The position numbers and the translations under genes are program-made. Below are positions 1 through 9,805 of a DNA stretch of 64,000 bases, piece after piece. The notes under the pieces were generated by a model that worked only from the letters and a program-made list of their open reading frames with translations, searched no databases and was not told where the DNA came from. The stretch is from Candidatus Latescibacterota bacterium (lineage in GTDB: Bacteria; Latescibacterota; UBA2968): assembly GCA_965204745.1 (NCBI GenBank), contig OZ242010.1, positions 4,800,001 through 4,864,000 of the forward strand. The letters are read 5' to 3'. Each line of letters begins with the position of its first letter. Positions within the stretch are counted from its first letter, which is position 1.

Positions 1-218
1 AGGTGAATCGCCATCTCGGTCGAATTTGGCCCGGGGATAATGCTCGTCACGCCCACGAGATCCAAAAACCGCTCGCGCGACAACCACCTGCGCTTTTCGA
101 CCACCTCGTCTTCCATCAACGCGATATGCGCGGCCGGCCCGCCAAACCCGATCACGCCCAACTTCAAAAACAGGCCCGCGATCTCGCGCAACCGCCCCGT
201 GCGTTTTTCATTTGCCAT
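1..218 (-). CDS. chrA: Chromate efflux transporter, N-terminal part (runs off window)
   Basis: Not in ORF track. Manual translation from ATG 218 gives MANEKRTGRLREIAGLFLKLGVIGFGGPAAHIALMEDEVVEKRRWLSRERFLDLVGVTSIIPGPNSTEMAIH, with the CHR motifs GFGGP and PGP. SD-like GAGG upstream. Confidence 0.9.
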   Translation of the reverse strand, partial: MANEKRTGRLREIAGLFLKLGVIGFGGPAAHIALMEDEVVEKRRWLSRERFLDLVGVTSIIPGPNSTEMAIH

Positions 219-232
219 ACAAATCCTCGCTC

Positions 233-1606
233 TCAACGGGAACTGCAAACAGCATCCACCACGTCGCAAAGCACTTGCAAACCGTCTTCAAGTGCGTCTC
301 GTGTAATCGTCAATGGCGGCGCGATTTTCACGGTTTGCCCCCACGCGCCCACAGGGGCAAAAAACAGCAACCCCTTGTGAAAACAGCGCAGCACAATCTC
401 GTGCGCCAAATCCGGATCCGGTTTTTTGCGACCGGCTTTGACCAGTTGCATCCCGCCCACCAGGCCCTTGCACGTCACATGCCCGACCACATCCGGATGC
501 GCGTCTCGAATTTTTTGGATGCCGTTCATCAACACCGCCTCGAGCCGCGCCGCATTGCCCGTCAGATCGTCGTCGACAATTTTCTTCAAACTCGCCAACG
601 CCGCCGCGCAACAAACCGGATTGCCCGAATGCGTGCTCGTCATCGACCCGGGGGGATATGCGTCCATAATCTCGGCCCTGCCGATCACGCCCGACAACGG
701 CAACGAACTGCTCACCCCCTTGCCAAAACAGATCAAATCCGGCACCACGCCGTAATGCACAAACCCCCACATCTTACCCGTGCGCCCGAATCCGGACTGC
801 ACCTCGTCGAAAATCAACAATGCCCCGTGCGCCTTGCACCACTCGGCCAAAGCCTGCACGTACGCCACCGGCGCGAAATCCGGCCCCACGCCTTGATACG
901 ATTCCAACATCACCCCGCACACATCGTCCGCGTCCATCCCCTTGTGGGCGAGGGAAGCACAAAAAAAATCAAAATCCACATTTTCCGTCCAATACCCGTC
1001 CGGAAACGGCACTTGCACAATCGCGGGGTCTTCGTTTCCCATCCAATCCTTTTGCCCGGGGATGCCGCCGACTTGTTGCGCGCCCAGGGTGCGCCCGTGA
1101 AACCCGCGTTCAAATCCCACAAACCCGATCTTCTTCTCGCCCCCGGTCGCAATGCCATGCGTGCGCGCCAACTTCAGCGCGTTCTCCGTGCTTTCAGATC
1201 CGGTCGTCAGCAGAAAAACCTTGTCCAACCCATCGGGTGCCAGGTCCGCCAAAAACGCCACGAGCCGCGCCCGCTCCGCGCTTGGAAATACGTAATTGTG
1301 CAACAAGCCCCGGTTCACCTGATCCACGATAGCCAGCCGAATTTCGGGCATCCCATGCCCGGCATTGGTAACCAAAACGCCCGAACTCCAATCGAGCCAC
1401 ATATTGCCGTATTTGTCGTACACCTGACAATCCTCTGCGCGATCCCACACGAGCGGCGGTTGCCCGCGCATGGAAATGGGTTCAACCCGGTGTAGCGTTT
1501 CCAATACGGTCACCGAATCCGGATGGGGCAATGGCGTCACAATCCGCCGATACTTCGTCTCGATCCGCGGCACATCAACGGGCGTCATATCAAATTCTTT
1601 TCCCAT
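233..1606 (-). CDS. Class III PLP aminotransferase (GabT/ArgD-like)
   Basis: Motifs TTGSES, FHGRT, LLIFDEVQSGFGRTG and PDLICFGKG. Confidence 0.9.
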   Translation of the reverse strand: MGKEFDMTPVDVPRIETKYRRIVTPLPHPDSVTVLETLHRVEPISMRGQPPLVWDRAEDCQVYDKYGNMWLDWSSGVLVTNAGHGMPEIRLAIVDQVNRGLLHNYVFPSAERARLVAFLADLAPDGLDKVFLLTTGSESTENALKLARTHGIATGGEKKIGFVGFERGFHGRTLGAQQVGGIPGQKDWMGNEDPAIVQVPFPDGYWTENVDFDFFCASLAHKGMDADDVCGVMLESYQGVGPDFAPVAYVQALAEWCKAHGALLIFDEVQSGFGRTGKMWGFVHYGVVPDLICFGKGVSSSLPLSGVIGRAEIMDAYPPGSMTSTHSGNPVCCAAALASLKKIVDDDLTGNAARLEAVLMNGIQKIRDAHPDVVGHVTCKGLVGGMQLVKAGRKKPDPDLAHEIVLRCFHKGLLFFAPVGAWGQTVKIAPPLTITRDALEDGLQVLCDVVDAVCSSR

Positions 1607-1618
1607 CGCAACTCCAGT

Positions 1619-1830
1619 AGTTAGTCCGCCCCGCCCGTCCGCCTCCCGAAAGTGAGACGTAAGACGTAAGAGGGGAGAGGGAGAGGCCCACCCACCTACC
1701 CGCCCGCCGCCGGAATGACAAATGGCGGTAGGGTGGAAGCGGGGACTGACAACTGACCGCTGACAACTGACAACTGCCTTTTGCCTCTTACCTCTCCCTT
1801 CTTACCTCTTACCGCCTCTTACCTCTTACC
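1619..1830. repeat. Mosaic intergenic repeat with ACTGACA and CCTCTTA heptamer units
   Basis: Heptamer runs at ~1745-1777 and ~1784-1830. Sequence blocks shared with 36900-37173 and 39630-39750. Confidence 0.8.
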
Positions 1831-3550
1831 GCCTTTCGGCTTTCTCTGCCAGCACTCGTTCTACCACCTGATCCAAAGCCACATCCACGCGGTCATCGAC
1901 ATTTCGCAACTTGAGTTCCACTTGGCCTTTGCTCAGGCCGCGCGAGCCTACGGTTAGCCGAATGGGAATGCCGATCAGGTCCGCGTCGTTGAACTTGACC
2001 CCTGCGCGTTCATCGCGGTCGTCGAGCAACACCTCTAGCCCGGCGGCGGTGAGGGCATCGTACAACTCCTCTGCGGCTTCCAATTCGCCTGCGGGTTTGC
2101 GCCCCGTGAGCACCACGATCTCCACGTCAAACGGCGCGACGGACATGGGCCAAACAATGCCGTGGTCGTCGTGATGGGCTTCGATAATGCACGCGAGCAA
2201 CCTGCCCACGCCAATGCCGTAACACCCCATCACAAGGGGACGCGCTTTGCCGTTTTCATCCAGCACGGTCGCGCCCATGCTGTCGCTGTACTTCGTGCCG
2301 AGTTTGAAGATATTGCCCACCTCGATGCCGCGCGTGCTGTCGAGCGGCGTGCCGCATTTCGGGCAGGGCATGCCTTGGTCCACCGCGACGAGGTCCGTGA
2401 CGATATCCGCCTCAAAATCCCGGCCCGCATTGACATTCAAGCAGTGGTACCCGTGCTCATTCGCGCCCGATACGAAATTCGCGCCCTGTGCGATGGCCTC
2501 ATCCACCACCACGAGCGCGTCTGTCACGGCCATGGCAGACGCATAGCCAGGCACTGCGCCGACCCCTTGGATCTCTCCGTCCGTTGCCGGGCGCAATGTC
2601 TGTGCCTTGACGGCATTGGTCAACTTGGTCTCGTTCAACTCGCAATCGCCGCGCACCAGCGCAAAAATGAACTTTTCCTCGCCCGCGATTGTGGCACTAA
2701 AAAACACGGCTTTGGCGGTCTTGTGCTGCGGCACGTTCAAAAATGCCGCCACGTCTTCGATGGTCTTGCAGTTGGGCGTCGCCACTTTCTCGACGGGCTT
2801 CGCGCTTTCGGGGGCCACCGCTTCCCGCCGATGCGTTGCCACTTGCCGATTGGCATTGTACCCGCAGCTATCACACAGGAGCAGGGTGTCTTCGCCGCCC
2901 GCGTTGATGTACATAAATTCGTGCGCCTCGGTGCCGCCCATCATGCCCGGATCGCTTTCGACCACAATGACATGCTCGCCCAATCCCGCACGCTCAAATA
3001 CCCGCTGATACGCTTCGTACATGCGCGGATAATAAGCGTCTAAACTCGCCTGATCAATGTGAAAGCTATACCCGTCTTTCATCGTAAATTCGCGCACCCG
3101 AATCAAGCCCCCGCGGCTGCGCGGTTCGTCTCGGAACTTGGTCTGGAGCTGAAAGGTGCTCAACGGCAGTTGGCGATAGCTGTGCGCGATGTGGCGCGCC
3201 AAATCCGTGACCACTTCCTCGTGCGTCATCGCCAAACACATGTCGCGGTCGCCGCGGTCTTTCATCCGCATCATTTCCGGCCCCACGTCGTCCCAGCGCC
3301 CGCTCTCGCGCCAGAGTTCCGCGGGATGCACCACGGGCATGGAAATTTCAAAGCAATCTGCCCGTGCCATTTCCTCGCGCAAGATGTGTTCGATCTTGTG
3401 CTTGACGCGCAATCCCAGCGGCAAATAGCTGAATATGCCCGCGGCCAAAGGCCGAATCAATCCGGCCCGCAATGCCAACCGATGGCTGATCGCGTCCGCA
3501 TCTGCCGGCACCTCGCGCAATGTTTGTGTCAACAATTGAGAATAACGCAT
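1826..3550 (-). CDS. proS: Proline--tRNA ligase (bacterial type with editing domain)
   Basis: THEE, KFRDEPRSRGGLIRVREFTMKDGYSF, IEVGNIFKLGTKYS, MGCYGIGVGR and GVKFNDADLIGIP. Confidence 0.97.
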   Translation of the reverse strand: MRYSQLLTQTLREVPADADAISHRLALRAGLIRPLAAGIFSYLPLGLRVKHKIEHILREEMARADCFEISMPVVHPAELWRESGRWDDVGPEMMRMKDRGDRDMCLAMTHEEVVTDLARHIAHSYRQLPLSTFQLQTKFRDEPRSRGGLIRVREFTMKDGYSFHIDQASLDAYYPRMYEAYQRVFERAGLGEHVIVVESDPGMMGGTEAHEFMYINAGGEDTLLLCDSCGYNANRQVATHRREAVAPESAKPVEKVATPNCKTIEDVAAFLNVPQHKTAKAVFFSATIAGEEKFIFALVRGDCELNETKLTNAVKAQTLRPATDGEIQGVGAVPGYASAMAVTDALVVVDEAIAQGANFVSGANEHGYHCLNVNAGRDFEADIVTDLVAVDQGMPCPKCGTPLDSTRGIEVGNIFKLGTKYSDSMGATVLDENGKARPLVMGCYGIGVGRLLACIIEAHHDDHGIVWPMSVAPFDVEIVVLTGRKPAGELEAAEELYDALTAAGLEVLLDDRDERAGVKFNDADLIGIPIRLTVGSRGLSKGQVELKLRNVDDRVDVALDQVVERVLAEKAERR

Positions 3551-3551
3551 C

Positions 3552-4397
3552 TCACACCTCGCTTAAATTGTTTCGCCGCGCTCGTCCAATTTCGACGGCC
3601 AAGCCATCTTCGCCGACGATGACCTCGCCATCAAATCCCTCGCGGATCTGCTCGGCCATTCGGTACGCGGCTTCTAAATCGCCGGTGATATCTTCGATCA
3701 CCAGATGCTTGATCAACACGCATCGGGCGCGGGCCTCGGTTGCGATTGTTGCGATTTCCGGCGGGGTGATATGCCACGATCCCCACGGTTGCGTCGCCAA
3801 AAATTCAGCCGTGCCCGAACATTCGATAGACAGCAAATCCGCATCTCGGCAGAACGCGGGAAACGCGCTATCGGGCGTTCCGTCTCCGGTGATCACGACG
3901 CGGTGATCGCGGGCATCGACTCGGTACGCCAGCGTGGGAATGCCGCCGTGATCCGTGAATGTCGCGGACACGCGAAAATCCTCTGTGGTTAAAAACGCGC
4001 CTTTGTCGCCGATCTCGATGACTTCTGGATCCAACACCCCGTCGTCTTTTCCGTGCCCAATGCGGCTTTGGATATCCTGCTCAAAGGGCGGGCGGATCAC
4101 ATGCGCGACAAAGTGCTTTGTCCCCACAGGCCCGTAAATTTGCAAGGGTTTGGCGCGCACTTTCACCCACCCCACAAACACGAGATAGGGCACATCGACA
4201 ATGTGATCAAAATGCAGGTGCGTCAAAAACAGCCGATCCACCTCTTCGCAATGCACGCCTGCCCGCGCCAGATTCGTACACGCGGACCTGCCGCAGTCGA
4301 ACAGCCAGTTCTCAGTGCCGACTTGCAACAGTTGCGACGGCCCACCCCGATTCGGATTGTCCCGCACCGCACCACTGCCGAGCATCGTGTATCGCAT
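3552..4397 (-). CDS. MBL-fold metallo-hydrolase (RNase Z/arylsulfatase-like)
   Basis: LFLTHLHFDHI metal motif, LFDCG, ITGDG. ATG 4397 has a GAGGAG SD. Confidence 0.85.
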   Translation of the reverse strand: MRYTMLGSGAVRDNPNRGGPSQLLQVGTENWLFDCGRSACTNLARAGVHCEEVDRLFLTHLHFDHIVDVPYLVFVGWVKVRAKPLQIYGPVGTKHFVAHVIRPPFEQDIQSRIGHGKDDGVLDPEVIEIGDKGAFLTTEDFRVSATFTDHGGIPTLAYRVDARDHRVVITGDGTPDSAFPAFCRDADLLSIECSGTAEFLATQPWGSWHITPPEIATIATEARARCVLIKHLVIEDITGDLEAAYRMAEQIREGFDGEVIVGEDGLAVEIGRARRNNLSEV

Positions 4398-4423
4398 CGC
4401 CAACTCCTCAAAAATACGACCCA

Positions 4424-5386
4424 TCAAAACGGGCCATTGACCGGGAACTCGGGTTTTTGACCGTTAAGCACGCGTGCGATGTCTGCGGCGACCATGGCCA
4501 TTTTTTGGATGGATTCGTCCGAGTGCCCGGAATAGTGGGGGGACAGGAGCACGTTGTCGAGTGCCAACAGGGGATTGTCGCAGGTGGCGGGTTCGCGTTC
4601 AAAAACGTCGATGATCGCGCCGCCAATGCGGTTGTTTTTCAGCGCGGTTGCGAGTGCGTTTTCATCCACGACCGGCCCCCGGCTGCAATTTGCTAAAATG
4701 GCGTGGGGGCGCATGCGGGCGAGGGTTGAGGCATCGATGAGGTGGTGCGTGCTGTCGAGGAGGGGCACGTTCAAGCTGATGTAGTCCGAGGCGGACAGGA
4801 GGGCGTCCAATGACACGCGGCGCGCTTTCAGGCGGCGTTCTTCTTTTGGCGGCGCGGGAAATTCGTCTGCGTAGATGACCGTCATGCCAAAGCCGAGGGC
4901 ACAGATTTCCGCGAGGCGGCGGCCAATGCGCCCAAACCCGACGATGCCCAGGGTCTTGCCGAGCAATTCGGCCGCGTGAACCCGGTCTCGAAACGCCCAG
5001 TCGCCGGACCGGGTCGCGGCATCGGCTTGGGCGATTTTGCGCGGCAGGGCGATAAACCCCATGGCGATGTATTCGGCGACCGCCTCGACCGGCGCGCTGG
5101 GCGTGTTGACCACGTAAATCCCGCGTTGGGTCGCCGCGTCAACGTCGATGTTGTCAACCCCAATGCCGTGCCGACCAATGACCTTGAGGCGCGGCGCCCG
5201 ATCCATGACCGTGCCGTCGATGATGCCCCGAGCGCGTGCGAGAATGCCATCTGCGTCTTTGACCGAGGCGATGATTTGATCGGGTTCAAATCCCTTGGCC
5301 CAGATGATCTCGCAGTCGTTTTCCAAGAGGTGGTTTTGCCCACAGGGATGGACGGCTTCAAAGAGCAGGACGTTGAATTTTGCCAA
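4424..5386 (-). CDS. D-isomer-specific 2-hydroxyacid dehydrogenase (SerA-like)
   Basis: GIGVDNID, GIVGFGRIG, NCSRGPVVDE, DVFEREP and SPH. Confidence 0.9.
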   Translation of the reverse strand: MAKFNVLLFEAVHPCGQNHLLENDCEIIWAKGFEPDQIIASVKDADGILARARGIIDGTVMDRAPRLKVIGRHGIGVDNIDVDAATQRGIYVVNTPSAPVEAVAEYIAMGFIALPRKIAQADAATRSGDWAFRDRVHAAELLGKTLGIVGFGRIGRRLAEICALGFGMTVIYADEFPAPPKEERRLKARRVSLDALLSASDYISLNVPLLDSTHHLIDASTLARMRPHAILANCSRGPVVDENALATALKNNRIGGAIIDVFEREPATCDNPLLALDNVLLSPHYSGHSDESIQKMAMVAADIARVLNGQKPEFPVNGPF

Positions 5387-5460
5387 GATGTGCTCCTTTC
5401 AAGGAGAAGAACCCCGTGCCTGTCCTCGTATCCGCTGACTCGATAGGCCGCGATCCATCC

Positions 5461-7008
5461 TTATGCGAGCGCGGTTTCAAATCCCACCACGTTGCGGGTC
5501 TCTCGGCTGAACGCGATGGCGATGAGATGAATCGGCTGGTTCAAAGCGCGGTACTTGTCTGCGTAGCGGTTCTCTTTGAGTTGCGCCATTGCGGCGCCCT
5601 CTGGAGCCGATTCGACCACTTTGAACTCGAACAAGTAGATGTTGTCGTTGAAGCGCACCGCCATGTCCAAACGCCCGTGGCTACTGCTGTCCTCCACGGC
5701 GATGTCCAATCCCACCGATGCGAAGTAGGAGTAGAACACGCTGGCGTAGTAGCCTTCGTAGTCGGCGATGTCGTTTTTCGTGTGCCACTGGTAGGGGATG
5801 CTGGCGAAGAATGCCTTGAACAAGTTCTCCAGACCGCCGAAGTCGTTGACCAGCAACAAGTCGTATAGACGGGCAATGTACTCCACCTGTTGCGCCGGGC
5901 TTTTCGTCAAGCGATTCAGCAAGCTCTCGTTCAGGCTCTGGCGCACTTCTTGGTTCGGGTAGCCCAGCCGGTAGTAGATTCTGCTACCGCGTGGTTCTAT
6001 ATGGCGGATGGTCAGATAGCCCGTCTGGAACAGCAGGGCTTCCGTGGCAATGAGGTCGATGTCGAAGGCCGACAGCAACTCGTCGCTGCCGAGCAGGTTG
6101 TCTAGGGTCAAGGCATTGACCCCGCGCGAGATCAGGGTCTCGATGAGGAACGTCGGCGTGCCCGTCTCGAACCAGTAGGCGCCGAACCGGCGCCTGTCAA
6201 ACAGCAGGAGGATGTCGAATGGGTTATAGACCCTCTCCTCCCCAAGCCAGCTATAGCCGTTGTACCAGTGGCGGATCTCGTCGCGGTCCAAACCCGGTAG
6301 CTCTGGCGCGAATACCGTATCCAAGTCCGCGTCGGTATAGCCGCAGATGGCCGAGTAGCGCTCGTCCAACGTGATGTCCTTGAGATTGTTGAGGCCGGAA
6401 AAGATGCTGACCTTGGAGAATTTGCTCACGCCGGTGAGGAACGCAAACTTGATGTGCGCGTCGGCGAACTTGATGGTCGCATACAACCCGCGCAGAAAGT
6501 TGCGGTTGGCGCGGGCGATTTCCGGATCTTCAAGCGCGTCTAAAATCGGCTTGTCGTACTCGTCGATCAGCACCGCGACGGGTCGCCCAGTCTGACGATG
6601 CAATGCCTCTATCAGATGGGCGAAACGCCCCGGAGCCGTGGCGTATTCGGAGGTTACTCGTTCTCGATATTCAATGGCGGCCAGTTGTTCCATGACGTTC
6701 GCCTGTAGGTGCTCCGGCAACCCATAGTCTCCGTTGCTGAAGTCGATCCGCACTACCGGATAGCGAACCGACCAATCCCAATGATCGTAGATGTCGAGCC
6801 CCTCAAACAGCGGCGCGTTGCCCTCGAACAATTCCTTCAGCGTGTCGAGGAACAGACTTTTGCCAAAGCGGCGCGGGCGCGCCAAAAAGAAATGGCTACC
6901 CTCATCCACCAATCGCCGCATGTAGGCGGTCTTATCGACATAGTAGCAATTTTCCTCTCGCATCTTGCGAAAGGTCTGAATGCCGATGGGCAGTTTGCGC
7001 TTGGTCAT
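5461..7008 (-). CDS. AAA-ATPase-like protein with C-terminal PD-(D/E)XK nuclease domain
   Basis: KLPIGIQTF, RPRRFGKS, LIDEYDKP, LTGVSKF and C-terminal GRLD...FEFK. Confidence 0.9.
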   Translation of the reverse strand: MTKRKLPIGIQTFRKMREENCYYVDKTAYMRRLVDEGSHFFLARPRRFGKSLFLDTLKELFEGNAPLFEGLDIYDHWDWSVRYPVVRIDFSNGDYGLPEHLQANVMEQLAAIEYRERVTSEYATAPGRFAHLIEALHRQTGRPVAVLIDEYDKPILDALEDPEIARANRNFLRGLYATIKFADAHIKFAFLTGVSKFSKVSIFSGLNNLKDITLDERYSAICGYTDADLDTVFAPELPGLDRDEIRHWYNGYSWLGEERVYNPFDILLLFDRRRFGAYWFETGTPTFLIETLISRGVNALTLDNLLGSDELLSAFDIDLIATEALLFQTGYLTIRHIEPRGSRIYYRLGYPNQEVRQSLNESLLNRLTKSPAQQVEYIARLYDLLLVNDFGGLENLFKAFFASIPYQWHTKNDIADYEGYYASVFYSYFASVGLDIAVEDSSSHGRLDMAVRFNDNIYLFEFKVVESAPEGAAMAQLKENRYADKYRALNQPIHLIAIAFSRETRNVVGFETALA

Positions 7009-7041
7009 TGGCCCAGCCTCCAAGTAGAAAAATTGAAATAC

Positions 7042-7070
7042 AGTGTATAGCAAGATCGGCAGTTTGTCAA
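7042..7070 (-). promoter_or_regulatory. Sigma70-like promoter of the AAA/PD-(D/E)XK gene
   Basis: TTGACA-17 nt-TACACT on the minus strand. Confidence 0.65.
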
Positions 7071-7103
7071 GATGTGTGGCGTTTGATTTCTCCGCATTTC
7101 GCC

Positions 7104-7132
7104 TTGCCTCATTTTTCGGTTTTATATATATT
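7104..7132 (+). promoter_or_regulatory. Sigma70-like promoter of tRNA-Glu
   Basis: TTGCCT-17 nt-TATATT, 16 nt before the tRNA. Confidence 0.55.
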
Positions 7133-7148
7133 GTGTCTCTCTTGAGGC

Positions 7149-7223
7149 GACCCCGTCGTTCAGTGGTTAGGACACCGGGTTTTCATCCCGGCAACGGGGG
7201 TTCGATTCCCCTCGGGGTCGCCA
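7149..7223 (+). tRNA. tRNA-Glu (anticodon TTC)
   Basis: Acceptor stem GACCCCG/CGGGGTC, anticodon arm CCGGG-TTTTCAT-CCCGG, T-loop GTTCGATTC, encoded CCA, 75 nt. Confidence 0.96.
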
Positions 7224-7239
7224 TTATCTCGAATCTGCG

Positions 7240-7280
7240 AGGGTCGTGAAATGGCGAATGTTTCATGACCCTGTTTTTTT
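7240..7280 (+). terminator. Intrinsic terminator after the tRNA
   Basis: AGGGTCGTGAAA...TTTCATGACCCT hairpin followed by a T run. Confidence 0.8.
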
Positions 7281-7294
7281 GCAAAGGAGTTCCC

Positions 7295-8431
7295 GTGGCT
7301 ATCGCACCCCTTCTTTCTCCCGATGCGTTTGAAGGCATTGATGGCATCGCGCATTTGTGTACGGGCGGGGAAGCCCCGTGGCTCAAGCGTCAGGCGCAGG
7401 TCTATGCGGAATTTGCCAAATTCAAGGGCGGGTCGCACAAGGGGCGGGACAAAATTTACGCCCGGGGCGAACGCTGTCGCCAACGCATGGGGCAACTTTG
7501 GGATGTGCCGGCCCATCGCATCGCGTTTATGCCGTCGGCCGCCGAGGGCATGGGCTGGTTTTCCCGGGGATTGGATTGGCAGTGCGGCGACAATGTCGTG
7601 ACCAACGACCTCGAATTTCCGTCTGTGGCTTATGCGTGGAAGCACTTGCGGCCCAAAGGGGTGGAAGTCCGATTGGTGGCGCACAAAAATTGGCGCGTGT
7701 GCGAAGACGACCTCCTCGCGGCGGTGGATGCCCGCACGCGCGTTCTCGCGGTCAGCCATGTGGGGTTCTACACGGGTCAATGCCTGAATCTGGCCCAACT
7801 CTCCGAAGGCGCGAAAAAAAAGGGCGCGTTATTCGCCGTGGATGCCACGCATTCCTCGGGCGTGTTGCGCGTGCCTGCGTACCTGACCGACCTCACGCTG
7901 AGCAGCAGTTACAAATGGCTTTTGGCAACGCACGGCACGGCCCCCTGTTATTTGAGCCAACGCGCAGAAGATCGGGTTGCATCGACCTGCTTTGGCTGGC
8001 ACAATCTCAAGGTCTGGCCCGAACAAACCGCAGAGCGACATCCCGAAGTCGCGGAACAACCCATGCCGGAAAAACTCGAACCCGGCAACCCGGCCATGCA
8101 GGTGATCATGCACTTGGATCACGCATTGGGCGTTCTTTTGGACATCGGGCCAGAGAGAATTGAAACCCACGCGCGCGATCTGTCCGAGCAAGTGTCCGAC
8201 GGGCTTGCGGCATTGGGGTACGAGGTCATTTCCCCGCAGGCCCGAGCGGCGCGTTCTGGCAACACCTGCTTTGCCTGCCGCGACGGTCGCGCATTGGTCA
8301 ACCGCCTCGAAGAGCGCGGCGTTTTGTGCTGGGGCGATTTTGGACGGGTGCGCGTTTCCACGCATTTGTACAATAGCAGCGAGGACGTGACGCGCTTGCT
8401 CGATGCCTTGGCGGATATAACGAAAGGATAA
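7295..8431 (+). CDS. Class V PLP-dependent aminotransferase (cysteine desulfurase/selenocysteine lyase-like)
   Basis: LEFPSV, VSHV, VDATH, SSYKWLL and RVSTHLYN. GTG start after AAGGAG. Confidence 0.85.
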   Translation: MAIAPLLSPDAFEGIDGIAHLCTGGEAPWLKRQAQVYAEFAKFKGGSHKGRDKIYARGERCRQRMGQLWDVPAHRIAFMPSAAEGMGWFSRGLDWQCGDNVVTNDLEFPSVAYAWKHLRPKGVEVRLVAHKNWRVCEDDLLAAVDARTRVLAVSHVGFYTGQCLNLAQLSEGAKKKGALFAVDATHSSGVLRVPAYLTDLTLSSSYKWLLATHGTAPCYLSQRAEDRVASTCFGWHNLKVWPEQTAERHPEVAEQPMPEKLEPGNPAMQVIMHLDHALGVLLDIGPERIETHARDLSEQVSDGLAALGYEVISPQARAARSGNTCFACRDGRALVNRLEERGVLCWGDFGRVRVSTHLYNSSEDVTRLLDALADITKG

Positions 8432-8434
8432 ACC

Positions 8435-9265
8435 ATGATGAAATTGGGCTGTATGTCTCTGAGTTACAAAGACCAGTTCAGCGCGGGCAAACTCGATCTG
8501 GCGGGTTTTCTCGACAAAGCGGGCGAGCTGCGTCTGGATGGCGTTGACATTCACACGCGCGCCTTTGCGGCTGATGACCCCGCTTATTTGCGGGATATTC
8601 GCATGCGTTGCCTCAAGCGCGGTCTGGCGATTTCGTACATTGGCGTGAGCAACAACTTTGGCAGGCCCCAAGAGGAATTGCCCGACGTGGTTGCCGATGT
8701 CAAGCACTGGGTCGATGTCGCGGCATTTATGGGCGTTCCCCTGGTGCGTATTTTTGCCGCGTGGATTCCCGAAGGCGAACCCGAAGAACAGGTGTGGGCG
8801 CGCATGATCCCCTGCATGCAGGAGGTCGCGGAATACGGCGCGGAAAAGGGCGTCGTCTTGGGTTTGCACAACCACAACCACGGCTGCGTCACGCGCACGG
8901 GCAAAGAGGTGCGAAAAATTCTCGAGCTGGTCGATAACCCCTACTTGTCGCACATTCTCGACACCGGGCAATACATCGGCTCTCCGGGCGCGAGCGGTCA
9001 ACGCGGGAAAGAAGACCCCGCCCTGAATTTCTACGGCAGCATCGCGGAAACCGCCCCCCTGGCCGTGCATGTGCGTGCGAAAATCTACCGCATCACAACC
9101 GGCGAAGAAGCCTGGTTGAACTACCCGCGCATTTTCGAGATTTTGAACGGCGTGAATTACAATGGATGGGTGTCAATCGTGTATGAAGGCCAAGACGCCG
9201 AGGCGGAGGAAACCGCGGTCCCCAAAGCGGTCAACTATCTGCGGCAATTCGCGCCGGGCGCGTAA
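8435..9265 (+). CDS. Sugar phosphate isomerase/epimerase (xylose isomerase-like TIM barrel)
   Basis: LGLHNH, LDTG, HVRAK and SIVYEG pattern. Confidence 0.85.
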   Translation: MMKLGCMSLSYKDQFSAGKLDLAGFLDKAGELRLDGVDIHTRAFAADDPAYLRDIRMRCLKRGLAISYIGVSNNFGRPQEELPDVVADVKHWVDVAAFMGVPLVRIFAAWIPEGEPEEQVWARMIPCMQEVAEYGAEKGVVLGLHNHNHGCVTRTGKEVRKILELVDNPYLSHILDTGQYIGSPGASGQRGKEDPALNFYGSIAETAPLAVHVRAKIYRITTGEEAWLNYPRIFEILNGVNYNGWVSIVYEGQDAEAEETAVPKAVNYLRQFAPGA

Positions 9266-9331
9266 AGACGGGTTATACTTGTGCATACATCATTTTGACG
9301 TATGATTTGAAAATGGAAAAAGTCCTAAAAC

Positions 9332-9706
9332 ATGAGTACTAAAGGACACTACGGGATTGCCGAGTTGGAGCGCGATTTTGGATGTCTGACATTTGGAAAC
9401 GCGCTGGCGAGCTATCGCATGGGTCAAGAAAAGAGCCAGAGCGCATTTGCTACTTTTTTGGGCATTTCGCCACAAAGCCTTTGCGAACTAGAAAAAGAAC
9501 GAACAATCCCAAGCCCCAACAAGGCAGCAAAAATTGCCAGAAAACTCGGAGAGCCAGAAAATTTTTGGGTTCAACTTGCGTTGCGAGATAGGCTTCGGCA
9601 AAAAAAGTTGAACTCGGTTGTTTCCACACACAAAACAAAAGCCCGGGTTCTCAATGAACTCGGGCTTTTGTTTTTTAACACGCGGTCTGCGACTAAATTG
9701 CATTGA
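9332..9706 (+). CDS. XRE-family HTH protein (HigA-like antitoxin)
   Basis: HTH SQSAFATFLGISPQSLCELEKERTIPS. A terminator-like hairpin (9636-9676) lies inside the 3' end, so the tail may be read-through. Confidence 0.7.
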   Translation: MSTKGHYGIAELERDFGCLTFGNALASYRMGQEKSQSAFATFLGISPQSLCELEKERTIPSPNKAAKIARKLGEPENFWVQLALRDRLRQKKLNSVVSTHKTKARVLNELGLLFFNTRSATKLH

Positions 9707-9805
9707 AGATTCAGAGGAGGTTCTTCCCCGCTTGCTGGAAGAACCTCCCTGTTTTATTTTATGCGGGCTGAAAGCCATCATGCCACTTTTGCCGCGAGTA
9801 TCAAG

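Noticed and set aside
212-1495. Long antisense ORFs (also 7829-9070, 18402-19697, 25766-27274, 37251-38426, 41202-42374, 52930-54060)
   Set aside because: Shadow frames of well-supported genes in GC-rich DNA, with no recognisable motifs.
7146-7223. tRNA-Glu as integration site; GGC leader extending the acceptor stem
   Set aside because: No integrase or duplicated tRNA 3' end was noticed, and a 3-bp extension can arise by chance.
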